From the NCBI RefSeq assembly GCF_006345805.1, contig NC_043020.1, forward strand, positions 26,412,001-26,476,000: a DNA stretch of 64,000 nucleotides, in the 5' to 3' direction. Both the position numbers and the translations under genes were made by a program. The notes under the pieces were generated by a model. The model was not told where the DNA came from, searched no databases, and was given only the letters and a program-made list of their open reading frames with translations. Below, piece by piece: positions 51,355 to 64,000 of the stretch. Each line of letters opens with the position of its first letter. Positions within the stretch are counted from its first letter, which is position 1. Origin of the DNA: Octopus sinensis. Taxonomy: Eukaryota.

Positions 51355-51445
51355 CCTCCTTCTTTCCTTAGCGTCCAATAATACTATACTTGTTACACGT
51401 CCTCGCGTTGTTGTGTTTTCTCTTTGTGTTTTCATGTTTGGACTA

Positions 51446-51484
<39 letters not shown>

Positions 51485-52416
51485 CATTCTGGGTTCAAAT
51501 TCCGCCGAGTTCGACTTTGCCTTTCATCCTTTCGAGGTCGATAAATTAAGTACCAGTTATGCACTGGGGTCAATGTAATCGACTTAATTCGTTTGTCTGT
51601 CCTTGTTTAGCCCCTTGTGGGTAATAAAGAAATATATATATATTTTTGTGGTTTTTGTGTCTGTGTGTCCACCACTACAACTTGACAACTGCTGTTGGTG
51701 TGTTTATATCCCTTGTAGTTTCATACTTTGACAAAAGAGAGTGATGAAATAAGTTATCTGTTTGCGAACAAAAAAATAGGTATTTGGAACGATTCATTCA
51801 ACTAAAAAACCCTTCAAGGCGGTGCTCCAGTCTGGCCGCACTCTACTACTGACAACAATGATAAAGACGACAATGACATGGTGATGGCAATGTGTGTGTG
51901 AGATTCGTAAGCTCAGTCCGTATTAAAGAGATGTATTTTCATATTTCTCAAAAGCTTCCAAAATATGATCTAAATGTAAATAAATTTAAAAAAAAGAATT
52001 TTTTTTTGTCATATTTAAAAATTCATCTTACAGAACATTATTTTAAAAATATATGCCGATATCATATCTGCATCATATCATTTCAGCAATATCATATGTA
52101 TATATATAATATATGGACATATATACATATATATATATATGCATATATGGACATATATACATATATATATATATATAATTATATATATATATATATATAT
52201 AATATATATATACATGTATGTAGTATCTATCTATCTATATATATATACACTATATGTATCTATCTATCTATCTATCCATATATATTATATACAATATATA
52301 TATATATATACACATATATGTATGTATCTATCTATACATATATAATATGTATATAAATGTATATATACATCATCGTTTAACGTCAGTTTTCCATGCTAGC
52401 ATGATATATATATATA

Positions 52417-52452
<36 letters not shown>

Positions 52453-52854
52453 TATATATATACACATGCACACACATATATATAAATGTATTTATGTATA
52501 CACACACATATATGCATATATATTCACACACACACACACACACAATTTATATATTTTTTTTTTCCAAGAAATGATGAATTGAAATATTTTCTTCTCCGTT
52601 CGAATATTTTAAAGTCTTTTTACCATTTCTTGACAGCCTTCATGTCTGCAACTCAATATGCTAATATAACTTATGTTTTTTTCTTTCTTCTTTCTTTTGT
52701 AGGTAAGTGAAAGTGAATTTTTACAAACTTTTGGTAATTTGGTAAAAAAAAAGATGTTCTTTGAATTTCTGACTCAGATGATGTTCTGTAAGTATATTCA
52801 AAACAGATGTACTTCTATCCACCTATCAATCTATCCATGCACCTACGCTTCCTT

Positions 52855-53720
52855 CCTTGCCTATCCCTCCTTTCTTCCTTCCTTCCTTACCTTCCTTCCT
52901 TCTTTCCTTTCTTACTTCATTCAATCTTCTTTTCTTTCTTCATTCCTTCCTTCCTTCTTTCCTTCCTTCCTTCCTTCTTTCCTTTCTTCCTTCCTTCAAT
53001 CTTCTTTTCTTTCTTCATTCCTTCCTTCCGTTTGTCCATCCATTTTCCTTCCTTCCTTCCTTCCTTCCTTCCTTACCTTCCTTCCTTCTTTCCTTCATTC
53101 CTTACCTTCCTTCTTTCCTTCCTTCCTTCCTTACCTTCCTTCTTTCCTTCCTTCCTTCCTTCCTTCCTTACCTTCCTTCTTTCCTTCCTTCCTTCCTTCC
53201 TTCAATCTTCTTTTCTTTCTTCATTCCTTCCTTCCTTCTTTCCTTCCTTCCTTCCTTCAATCTTCTTTTCTTTCTTCATTCCTTCCTTCTTTCCGTCTAT
53301 CCATCTATTTTCCTTCCTTCCTTCCTTCCTTCCTTCCTTCCTTCCTTCCTTCCTTCCTTCCTTCCTTCCTTCCTTCCTTCTTTCTTCCTTCTTTCCTTCC
53401 TTCCTTCAATCTTCTTTTCTTCCTTCCTTCTTTCCTTCCTTCCTTCCTTCCTTCCTTCCTTCCTTCCTTCATTCCTTCCTTCCTTCCTTCCTTCCTTCCT
53501 TCCTTCTTTCCTTCCTTCCTTCCTTTCCTTCCTTCCTTCCTTCCTTCCTCCTTACCTTCCTTCTTTCCTTCCTTCCTCCTCAATCTTCTTTTCTTCTTCC
53601 TTCTTTCTTTCCTCCTTCCTTCCTCCTTCCTTCCTTCCTTCCTTCCTTCCTTCCTTCCTTCAATCTTCTTTTCTTTCTTCATTCTTTCCTTCCTTCCTTC
53701 CTTTCTGCTTTTCTTTCTTT
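52855..53720. repeat. (CCTT)n-based polypyrimidine tract
   Basis: About 0.87 kb with a recurring tcaatcttcttttctttcttcatt insert. Confidence 0.95.
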
Positions 53721-54430
53721 TTTCTCTGTCTACCTGTCTTTGATTTTCTTTTTCCCTTTTTTTTCTCATCTCTCTCTCTCTCTCTTTCTTTCCTTCTCTC
53801 ATTGTTTGTTTGTTTGTTTGTTTCTTTCTTTCTTTGCCCTACATACAGCAACATCTGTTCAGAGGCATGTCACCACAGGTCATCAATGTCCAGTCACTGA
53901 ATGCCTAAGCATATCTAAGCATTGCTGACTTGCCTAAGTTTGAACAGCTGTTGTTGTGTGTAAGGAAGACAATAAACGCAAAACTCAAAGCTGGGTCAGA
54001 AGGAATTACGTTTTTTTTGTTTTGTTTTGTAGTGCACGAGGGAAGCACTCCATCCTCCCCCCCACACACCACTTTAATAACAACAAAAATAGTAATAACA
54101 AATATTCGAGTGGCTGTGTGGTAAGAAGCTTGCTTCATAATCACATGGTTCCAGGTTCATTCCCACTGTGTGGCATCTTGGGCAAGTGTCTTCTACTATA
54201 GCCTTGTGACTGGATTTGGTAGGCGGAATCTGAAAGATTTGGTAGATGGAAACTGAAAGAAGCCCATCATATATATATATAAGTGGAGGCACAATGGCCC
54301 AGTAGTTAGGGCAGCGGACTCGCGGTCGTAGGATTGCGGTTCATTCCCACTATGTGGCATCTTGGGCAAAGTGAAATCTGAAAGTTTTGGTAGACGGAAA
54401 CTGAAAGAAGCCCATCATATATATATATAA

Positions 54431-54725
54431 GTGGAGGCACAATGGCCCAGTGGTTAGGGCAGCGGACTCGTGCTCGTAGGATCGTGGTTTCAATTCCCAG
54501 ACCGGGCGTTGTGAGTGTTTATTGAGCAAAAACACCTAAAGCTCCATGAGGCTCCGGCAGGGGGTGGTGGCAATCCCTGCTGTACTCTGTTGCCACAACT
54601 TTCTCTCACTCTTTCTTCTGTTGGCCTGCTTGCTTAGCCAGCGGGAGTGGTGTCATTTGGAGGCTAAAACAATGCAAAGCGCATTGTGACCAGCGATGTG
54701 TAGCAACATCTGATAGCCTGGTCAG
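54431..54725 (+). mobile_element. tRNA-derived SINE family E
   Basis: gtggaggcacaatggcccagtggttagggcagcggactcg...ggtttcaattcccagacc (A/B boxes); related heads at 54283-54345, 62230-62298(-) and, more diverged, 1-64(-). Confidence 0.75.
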
Positions 54726-55269
54726 TAATATATATATATATGTATGTATTGGCGTTGGGAAGGGCATCCAGCCATAGAAACATTGCCAAATCTGACTGGG
54801 CCTGATGAAGCCTTCCGGCTTCACAGACCCCATTTAAACCGTCCAACCCATGCTAGCATGGAAAACGGATGCTAAATGATGATGTATGTATGCATGTGTT
54901 ATTTGTGTCTGTGTTTTTGAACCCCCCCCCCCACACCGAAGCTCAACAGCCGATGTTTGTGTGTTTACATCCCTGTCACTTAGTGGTTTGGCATTTCATT
55001 ACTATAAGCGAATCATGTGTGCAGGTCATTTGGCAAAAAAGCCGAACACTGATATGTGCTGGGCGAAATGTTTAGGGGTATTATGTCTGGCGAAATGTTT
55101 AGGGGTATTATGTCTGCCGCTATGTTCTGAGTTCAAATTCCACCAAGGTCAACTTTGCCTTTCATCCTTTTGGGGGCCAATAAATTAAGTACCAGTGAAA
55201 CACTGGAGTCAATGTGATAGACTAGCCCCCCTCCCTGAAAATTTCAGGCTTTGTGGCAAAATTTGAAAC

Positions 55270-55309
<40 letters not shown>

Positions 55310-55899
55310 GAGTGAGAGAGCAGTTCATGCCATCAAAATGACATTGGGTTACAAATATACGAAGCCCAGAATACCCATCATGACTACCCATCTGATAAGG
55401 GTACACCAGGCACATGCATCACAATCGTATGTACACGACATGGTGATCTCTTATCAAGTTAAACAGCGCACGACCTTGAAGGTGGGGGCTCAGTTAGAAT
55501 TTTCTTCAGGTTGAGTAGCCCATCCTGTTCAAAAGGTCGCTGAATAAGGGTTGTTTAAGGATGTTGAATGTAACACCCATGTTTCCAGAGGTGAATTATC
55601 CAAACCCCAAAGAATTCCTCTCAACACATGGCTATGAAGTTCTCCCAACTACTTCTGCTCGTGATCAGAGATGCTCAACTGGTCCCTAATTTATTGACTC
55701 CAAAAGGATGAAAGGCAAAGTTGACCTCGGCAGAATTTGAACTCAGAATGTAATGATGGTCAAAATGCCACTAAGCATTTTGCTCAGCGTGCTAACGAGT
55801 CTGCCAGCTCACTGCCTTAATAACAACAATACTAATGATAATAGTTGACCTCGGCAGAATTTGAACTCAGAATGTAATGATGGTCAAAATGCCACTAAG

Positions 55900-55999
55900 N
55901 NNNNNNNNNNNNNNNNNNNNNNNNNNNNNNNNNNNNNNNNNNNNNNNNNNNNNNNNNNNNNNNNNNNNNNNNNNNNNNNNNNNNNNNNNNNNNNNNNNN
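55900..55999. other. Assembly gap (100 N)
   Basis: Exactly 100 Ns, typical of a placeholder gap of unknown size. Confidence 0.98.
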
Positions 56000-56510
56000 A
56001 AATCGTAGACTCATCGTAGATGCGCGCTATACCCAGAGAGGGCTCGATATGAATCACGACTATAGATACCAACTTTGGTTAAACTGCACCGCAAAAGTGG
56101 GAGTAGTTAGGAATCTAAAATCGTAGAGACAGACGCACAACCTTACTTTTAATATTAAAGAAGATATGACGGACTCTTCTGTCAAAAACACATGTCAGAT
56201 TTACAAGGACAGGATTCCTTGGTATCCATGCATCAGATATAATACACATTCTCATTTTGATACCAACATGGCTGAAACTGCCTTTGGCTCTTGAAGTATA
56301 CTCTTTACTTTTTTACTTGTTTCAGTCTTTGACTGCGGCCATGCTGGAGCACCGCCTTTAATCAAGCAACTCAACCCCGGGACTTATTCTTTTGTAAGCC
56401 CAGTACTTATTCTAATCGGTCTCTTTTGCTGAACCGCTAAGTAACGGGGACGTAAACACACCAGCATTGGTTGTCAAGCAATGCTAGGGGGAACAGACAC
56501 ACAAACACAT

Positions 56511-56564
<54 letters not shown>

Positions 56565-57639
56565 TATACGACGGGCTCCTTTCAGTTTCCGTCTACCAAA
56601 TCCACTCACAAGGCTTTGGCCTGTATGAGGCTATAGTAGAAGACCTTACCCAAGATGCCACGCTGTGGACTGAACCCGGAACCATGTGGTTGGTAAGCAA
56701 ACTACTTACCCCACAGCCACTTCTGGTCTGTCTATAAACATCTTTGTTTCAAAAGTTCTAATTAAAATCTTCCACCAAACCTTAGTCACATGTTCCTAAC
56801 ACTAGCTTTAATAATAACTAAGTTAATTTACTAAATTCTTCGTTATATTAAAATTAATTGAAAGAAGCACAGAGCATCTCAACAGAAATATGGTAACAAA
56901 AGTGTTAAGAACCAGAGTTTCTTGGGACTTAGAAAAGCTTTATATTACACAGAATTATGAAACAAGGACCAGCTAAAACTCAGAAAACAAGTATGGGCCC
57001 TTAAAGGAAATTTATGAGAATTCTTTGGTCAGGTGAAGGAGAACCAAGGCGGCGAGCTGGCAGAAACATTAGCATGCCAGGCAAAATATTTAGTGGTATT
57101 TCATCTGCCATAATGTTCTATGTTCAAATTCTGCTGAGATCGACTTTGCCTTTCATCCTTTCGGGGTTGATAAATTAAGTACCAGTTACGCACTGGGGTC
57201 GATGTAATTGACATAATCCATTTGTCTGTCCTTGTTTGCCCTCTCTGTGTGTAGCCCCTTGCGGGCAGTAAAGAAATAGGACAAACAAGGATGTCAGTAT
57301 TGTCTGTCCCCTAAAACATGGAATGGTCTTTCTTATGAATTTTCCCATCCATTTAGTTTTTGTATAGCTAATTTCGCTGCAAATTTCCAGGGCTATCATA
57401 GAAGACGTTTGCCAATGGAGAAGTACTGTGGAGTGGGATTGAACCAGAGACCATACAGTATCAAATCAAACTTCTTAACCGCACGACCACGCTTTATTCC
57501 AATTTTTATTCTCAGCACGGATTGGATTGTTCCAAATGAAAATGGAATGTTCCGTGGAAAAGATGGATCAGATAATTTGTAAGAAATCCAAATATTTGTG
57601 GAACCATGAAAATAAAAAAAAAAAACACAACAATTATCT

Positions 57640-58560
57640 GTTTTTCCTCTTTCATCCCCACCTCTCCCTCTCTCTCTTCTTTCTCCCTCTTTCTCTCTCC
57701 CACATACTTTCTTCTTTGTTCACTATCTTTCTTTCTCTCCTCCTCTCTCTCCTCCCTCTCTCTCTCTCACACATACTCTCTCTGCTTTTCTCACTTTCTC
57801 TCTCTCTTTATCTTACATGTTGCCCCCTCCACTCTCCCACTCTTGCATGTTTTCTCTCTCTCTCTCTCTCTCACACACACAATCCTCCTCTTTCTTACTC
57901 TCTGTCTCTCATATTTCTCCTTCTCTCTTTCTCTATCTCACATTCTTTCTCTCTCATATTCTCTCCTCTCTCTCACACACATTCTGCCTCTCTCTCTCTC
58001 TCTCCTACATTCTTTCCCTCACATTCTCCCTCTCTCATATTCTCTCCCTCTCTCTCACATTCTGTCTGTCTCTCTCTCTCTCTCACTCACACACACACAT
58101 TCTGCCTCTCTCTCTCTTATTCTTTCTCACATTCTTTCTCTCTCATATTCTCTCCCTCTCTCTCACACATTCTGTCTGTCTGTCCTCTCTCTCTCTCTCT
58201 CTCTCATACACACACATTCTCTCTCACACATTTACCCTCTCAACCAAAGTATGGATTGTATATTTAAAACAAAAACAACTCTCTCCTCCCTCCCTCCTTC
58301 CTCTCTATCTCTGTCCCTCCTCTCTCACATACACATTCACTCACACTATCTCTCTCTCTCTCACTCTCTTGCAGTCACACTCCACTCATCCACTCTAAAC
58401 AAAGTCTGTAGAACTAATATTTAAACCAAAACTCACCACTCCACTCTCTCTCTTTCACCCTCCTCTTTCACCCTCTCACTCAACACCCTCTCCTCCTCAC
58501 TCTCTCACTCACACTCTCTTACCTCACTCACTCATCCTCACAGCCACACTTCTCTCAACC
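57640..58560. repeat. CT/CA-rich low-complexity tract
   Basis: Direct inspection; source of the L/S-rich ORFs. Confidence 0.9.
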
Positions 58561-59274
58561 AAACAAATGTCTATGAATTCTATATTTAAAAAAAAAATAT
58601 TTCCCCATCCAACAGACATTGTCTATAAGCAGAGCTTGTAGTGGGACACTTTACATATAAACACCCAGATTGATTCTATCAATTTTAGCATGCCAAATTA
58701 ATGTCTATTTTGGATGAAGAACTCAACAATAACCATAAAATTCCATAACACAAAACCATTCCCCCTCCCCCATCTTCCATTGCTTTTCTCTAGTTTTCTC
58801 TCTCTTTTTTTTAGCCTCTGCCTTTTTGTGTCTTCTTCTTCCATCTATCTTCCAGCTTCTCTCTTTTACATTCTGTCTTTTAATATCTCTTTATTCTTCT
58901 CTCTTCTAATTTCGTCTGTCTTCAATCTTTAGTCATTTTTTTCTCATCTTCTCTTTCCTCTCTCTTCTTCTGTTCTGTTTTTTTTTTTTTTTAATAATCA
59001 GTCTCTTGTCTTCTCTCTATCAACTTCAGTCTTTCTTCATATATCTTCAGTCTTTATTCTGTTTGCAGTCCATCTGTCATTCTGACTTATGTCATCTTCA
59101 TCTATCTTCTATCAACTTCTGCCTTTCACCATTTGTCATCTGTCATTTATTTTTAGTCACTCTTCAGTCTTCTGTTGTGTATCTTTTGTTTATGTCATCT
59201 TCAATCTTCTGTCATCTCCACCAATCTCCTGTCAGCTCCATCAACTTTTTATCTACTCAATTAACTTTTTGCCT

Positions 59275-59885
59275 GCACCATCAACCTTTTGTCAACTCCA
59301 TCAACCTTGTGTCAGTTCCATCAACCTTGTGTCAGTTCCATCAACTTTGTGTCAGTTCCATCAACCTTGTGTCAGTTCCATCAACCTTGTGTCAGTTCCA
59401 TCAACCTTATGTCAACTCCATCGGCCTTATGTCAACTCCATCAGCCTTATGTCAACTCCATCAGCCTTATGTCAACTCCATCAACCTTATGTCAACTCTA
59501 TCAGCCTTATGTCAACTCCATCAACCTTTTGTCGGTTCCATCAACCTTGTGTCAGTTCCTTCAACCTTATGTCAGCTCCATCAACCTTTTGTCAGCTCCA
59601 TCAACCTTATATCTGCTCCATCAACCTTATGTCAACTCCATCAACCTTATGTCAGCTCCATCAACCTTATATCTGCTCCATCAACCTTATGTCAACTCCA
59701 TCAACCTTGTATCAGTTCCATCAACCTTATGTCAGCTCCATCAACCTTGTGTCAGTTCCATCAACCTTGTGTCAGCCCCATCAACCTTATGTCAGCTCCA
59801 TCAACCTTATGTCAGCTCCATCAACCTTATGTCAGCTCCATCAACCTTATGTCAACTCCATCAACCTTATGTCAGCTCCATCAGT
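59275..59885. repeat. 21-bp minisatellite (catcaaccttatgtcagctc(c)), ~29 units
   Basis: Direct inspection; produces the PSTLCQL/HQPYVSS/INLMSA heptads in all three frames. Confidence 0.95.
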
Positions 59886-60609
59886 TTTCTTCCAGTTTCA
59901 CCAATCTTCCATCACCTTCAATCTTCTATCAAAGAATTTACTAAGACATTTAGTCCTATGCACTGTTTATTGTGATGTTGATGATGATAATAATGATGAA
60001 TTACTGGAACAAAAGATGCTGAACTGACAACTATTACAGAAGACCTTGCAGTGTGTGTTCCTGATCTTTGGGCTCTAAGTTCAAATCACAGCAAAGACAC
60101 CATCATCTTTCATCCTTCCTGGGTCAATAAACATAGTACTGGTCCAAGATGGTTGATTGGCTGAATTGTGAGAGGATTGGATTGGGTTGGATACCTTTTG
60201 GTATTCCATCCAACTCTTTGCATTTAATTTTCAATTCACATCCCACAGCTCCACTGCCTATCATTTTAGCATCCTTCAGGATAGAAATGGTTTCTTCGAG
60301 ACCCAGTTCAGGGTGGGTAGTAAACCTCCTTTGTCCAATGTCCAATCAAATGACACATTGATTGAAGCAACGTCCCCTGTCACATCTGTATACTCTTTTA
60401 CTTGTTTCAGTCATTTGACTGTGGTCATGCTGCAGCACTGCCTTTTTTAGTCGAGCAAATCGACCCCAGGTCTTATTCTGTGTAAGCCTAGTACTTATTC
60501 TATCGGTCTCTTTTGCCGAACCGCTAAGTTACGGAGACGTAAACACACCAGCATTGGTTGTCAAGCGATGTTGTGGGGACAAACACAGACACACAAACAT
60601 ATACACACA

Positions 60610-60651
<42 letters not shown>

Positions 60652-61434
60652 TAATTCTGTTTTTTTATATAATGTTCATCTGTCTTGCCCGCCTAATTGT
60701 TCCGGTGTTCGCTGAATTTTCCTCTAGAGAACATTCTTTTCTTTGTAGTTTGATCGTTGGTGATCTATTTCTAGCATACAGCCGACTACCTAGCGGTCTT
60801 GCCCTTTGAATATACACACACATATATATATATACGACAGGCTTCTTTCAGTTTCCGTCTACCAAATCCACTCACAAGGCTTTGGTCGGCCTGAGGCTAT
60901 AATAGAAGACACTTGCCCAAGGTGCCACGCAGTGGGACTGAACCCGGAACCATGTGGTTGATAAGCAAGCTACTTACCACACAGCCACTCCTGCATATGT
61001 GAATTAATACGGATTTTGGATTAACATTAAGTATCTCAACCTGTTGTACTGCTGTCCTGCATTTTATGCGATCTCACTGCACAAAGTTTAATTACAAGGA
61101 AATATATTTTTTTTTGCATTTTTACAATATTTCGTTATTAAACTTAAATGTTTGGTACTCATGATATTCAAATGTCCTCGAAACAATGACACAGAATAAA
61201 ATGTTTTTTTCAAATTATGAAAATGTAGGAGTGGATGTGTGGTAAGTAGCTTGCTTACCAACCACATTGTTTCAGGTTCACTCCCACTGCGTGGCACCTT
61301 GGGCAAGTGTCTTCTACTATAGCCTTGGGCCGACCAAAGCCTTCTGAGTGGATTTGGTAGACGGAAACTGAAAGAAGCCTGTTGTATATATATGTGTGTG
61401 TGTATGTGTTTGTCTCCAATTGACTATATAGACA

Positions 61435-61775
61435 CAGTCATTGACTGTTGTCTGTTTCTAAGATGTGATTTTTAGGGAGATTAAGCTACTATTTCTAGCA
61501 GTCCAATTGACCATGTAGATACAGTGATTGTTGTGTCTGAGACATGATTTGAGGGTGATTAAGCTGCTATTTCTAGCAGTCCAGTTGACCATATAGAAAC
61601 AGACATTGACCGTTGTGTGCGTTTCTAAGATGTGATTTCAAGGAGACTAAGCTGCTATTTCTAGCAGTCCAATTGACCATATGGACTCAGTCATTGACCG
61701 TTGTGTCTGTTTCTAAGATGTGATTTGTGGGAGACTAAGCTGCTATTTCTAGCAGTCAATTGACCACATAGACAG
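61435..61775. repeat. ~75-87-bp tandem repeat x4
   Basis: ttctaagatgtgattt..gggaga(t/c)taagctgctatttctagcagtccaattgacca recurs; the core also occurs dispersed at ~5075, 8420 and 12900(-). Confidence 0.85.
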
Positions 61776-63227
61776 TCCGTTGTCAGGTTGTGATGATGTT
61801 TATTTCTGATATTGCTGTTGATGGTAAATGGTTTTGCAGATGGCGGCTGTGGTGATGATGGGTCTGAAGGTATTGCTGATGGTGGTAGTGGCGGCGGCGG
61901 TGGTGGCATATGCGACATGCACAAGTGAACGCATGGCTGCACATCAGAGATTAAAGCTCTGAGATGCCATTATAGATTAGTTGTGGCTTGTTGCTTCCAG
62001 AAATTGGCGGAAAAAAAAAACTGAAAGAATTTGGTAAGTGATTGTCTCCAAAATGTTAGTCTTCACATTTCCATAGACGGACAAGTGCAGGAATGGCTGT
62101 GTGGTAAGCAGCTTGCTTCCCAACCACATGGTATCAGGTTCAGTCCCACTGCATTGCACCTTGGGCAAGTGTCTTCTACTATAGCCTCAAGCTGACCAAA
62201 GCCTTGTGAGTGGATTTGGTAGACGGAAACTGGGTATCGAAACCATGATTCTACGACCGCGAGTCCACTGCCCTAACCACTGGGCCATTGCACCTCCACA
62301 CACACACATATCATCATCAACATCATCATTTAACGTCCCCTTTCCATGCTAGCATGGGTTGGACGATTTGACAGGTCTGGCGAACCAGACTCCAATCTGA
62401 TCTGGCAGGGTTTCTACAGCTGGATGCCCTTCCTAATGCCAGGATGCCCTTACTAACGCCAAATATATATATATATTTGCCGGTGGCACGTAAAAAGCAC
62501 CAATCTGATCGTGGCCGTTGCCCCCTCGCCGGAAACCTGTGCCTGTGGCACGTAAAAGCACCCACTACACTCTCGGGAGTGGTTGGTGTTAGGAAGGGCA
62601 TCCAGCTGCAGAAACACGGCCAGATCAGACTGGAGCCTGGTGCAGCCTTCTGGCTTCCCAGATCCCCGGTCGAACCATCCAACCCATGGAGAATGGACGT
62701 TAAACGATGATGATGATATATATATATGAATTTCTCTGATGAGCACTTTTAATAGCTGAAACAATCTGCACCTTATTAGAAAAGTTAGAAGAATAAATGT
62801 TTTGTATTCTGTATTTAGTGTTTCGGGTTCTGCATTTACTTGTCTAATGATTGGGTTCTCTTACACACACACACATACACACATACATCAAATGTGCCCA
62901 TGTACACACCACATGTGAATGCATGCATGCATGCATATATACACACACACAGGCTCAGCTATTTTGTGATATTTGTCGATGTTATGACTTTTGCATTGTG
63001 GTGAAGTGTGTGTGTGTGTGTGTATGGTAATAAAATGCAGAATGATGTTAAGTGTATGGTGGTGGTGGTGAGGATAAGAGATGATGGTGGTGTGGGGGTG
63101 TGATTGGGGTGTGGGGTGTGTGTATGGAGTGGCATATGAAATGAGCAGCGGTGGTGGAGAAGCTGGGGGGTAGGTGGAGGTAGGCGGAGCAGTTTTTGAG
63201 GGTGAGAACAATAAATGATGTGTGTAC

Positions 63228-63263
<36 letters not shown>

Positions 63264-63900
63264 TTGTGAATGTATGTATACATGCGTGAGTGATTAATAG
63301 ATGCTTGCTTGCATGTGAGTGCGTGTGTGCGTGCATGCGTACGTGTGTGCGTGTATATGTGTGTGTACGTGTGTGTGTGTAGGTGTTGTTTTTGTTTGTT
63401 TCTTTCAAGTGTTATTCAAGGTGGAGAGCGAGGGGGGTGGGCAGGTGGGGGGAGGGGGGCGTCTTACATGTGTAGAATAGGTGTGCCTCTGTTGATTGAA
63501 ATGCGTGTACACACATGCACACACGCGCACACGTATACACACGCACACGTAGACATACACACAAACACACATGCGCTGCCCCTGCCCCGTCGCCCGCCTC
63601 CTCTCCCCCACCCATCTCTCTCTCTCTTTCTCCCAATCCCAGCAGTCATTTAATTAACTTCTCTTTGCTTGAATAGAAGCGGCAAAGGTGTGTATGTGTG
63701 TGTGTGTGTGTGTGTATGCATGTGGCAGTGTGTAAATTATGATGTAAATGTTGAGTGTGTGCACACGTGTATTTATATATATATATGTGTGTGTGTGTAT
63801 GTCTGTGTGAGTGTGATAATGTGTATACATGTTTTTGTCAGTGTGTATATATTGTATATGTTTGTGTGTCTGTATATATATGTGTGTGTGTGTGTGTTTG

Positions 63901-63931
<31 letters not shown>

Positions 63932-64000
63932 CTGTATATATATATGTAGATTGTGTGTGTTGTGTTTTGTGTTTATATATATATATGTGTTGTGTCTGTA

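Noticed and set aside
52739-53928. 334-373-aa F/L/P/S ORFs and the KEGR ORF
   Set aside because: (CCTT)n repeat.
55844-55899. Exact 56-bp duplicate of 55720-55775
   Set aside because: Lies immediately at the contig end before the N gap, so it is likely an assembly artefact.
59006-60027. 312-aa heptad-repeat ORFs
   Set aside because: 21-bp minisatellite open in all frames; no evidence for a real protein.

Overview
Animal genomic DNA, AT-rich and extremely microsatellite- and repeat-dense. The repeat families and the (TA)n/(CAT)n load suggest an octopus or other coleoid cephalopod; this is my inference and needs a BLAST check. No host protein-coding gene can be called with confidence, and almost all ORFs in the supplied track are artefacts of translating microsatellites or SINEs. 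Recognisable coding remnants all come from transposons: a DD36E Tc1 transposase (11.8-12.75 kb), a decayed DD37D/maT-like element (5.85-6.46 kb), a mariner with both TIRs and nested insertions (37.7-39.4 kb), a tandemly duplicated CR1-type LINE 3' end (15.6-16.25 kb), RTE LINE 3' ends (27.9-28.7 kb) and a Hero/R2-type restriction-like endonuclease tail (43.5-43.8 kb). The window also holds about 30 pieces of one tRNA-headed SINE (family A), further SINE-like families, TTAA-flanked piggyBac-like MITEs, a hAT MITE, non-autonomous Helitrons and a 100-N gap. The most striking hidden layer is at least six unrelated short repeat families carrying minimal type-I hammerhead ribozyme motifs with palindromic stem III, of the Penelope/retrozyme type. 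One copy looks intact (51320-51354), one family has a tRNA-like Pol III head, and two long fold-back hairpins are centred on hammerhead-like sequence. There are weak hints of a minus-strand gene 5' region near 20.2-21 kb.
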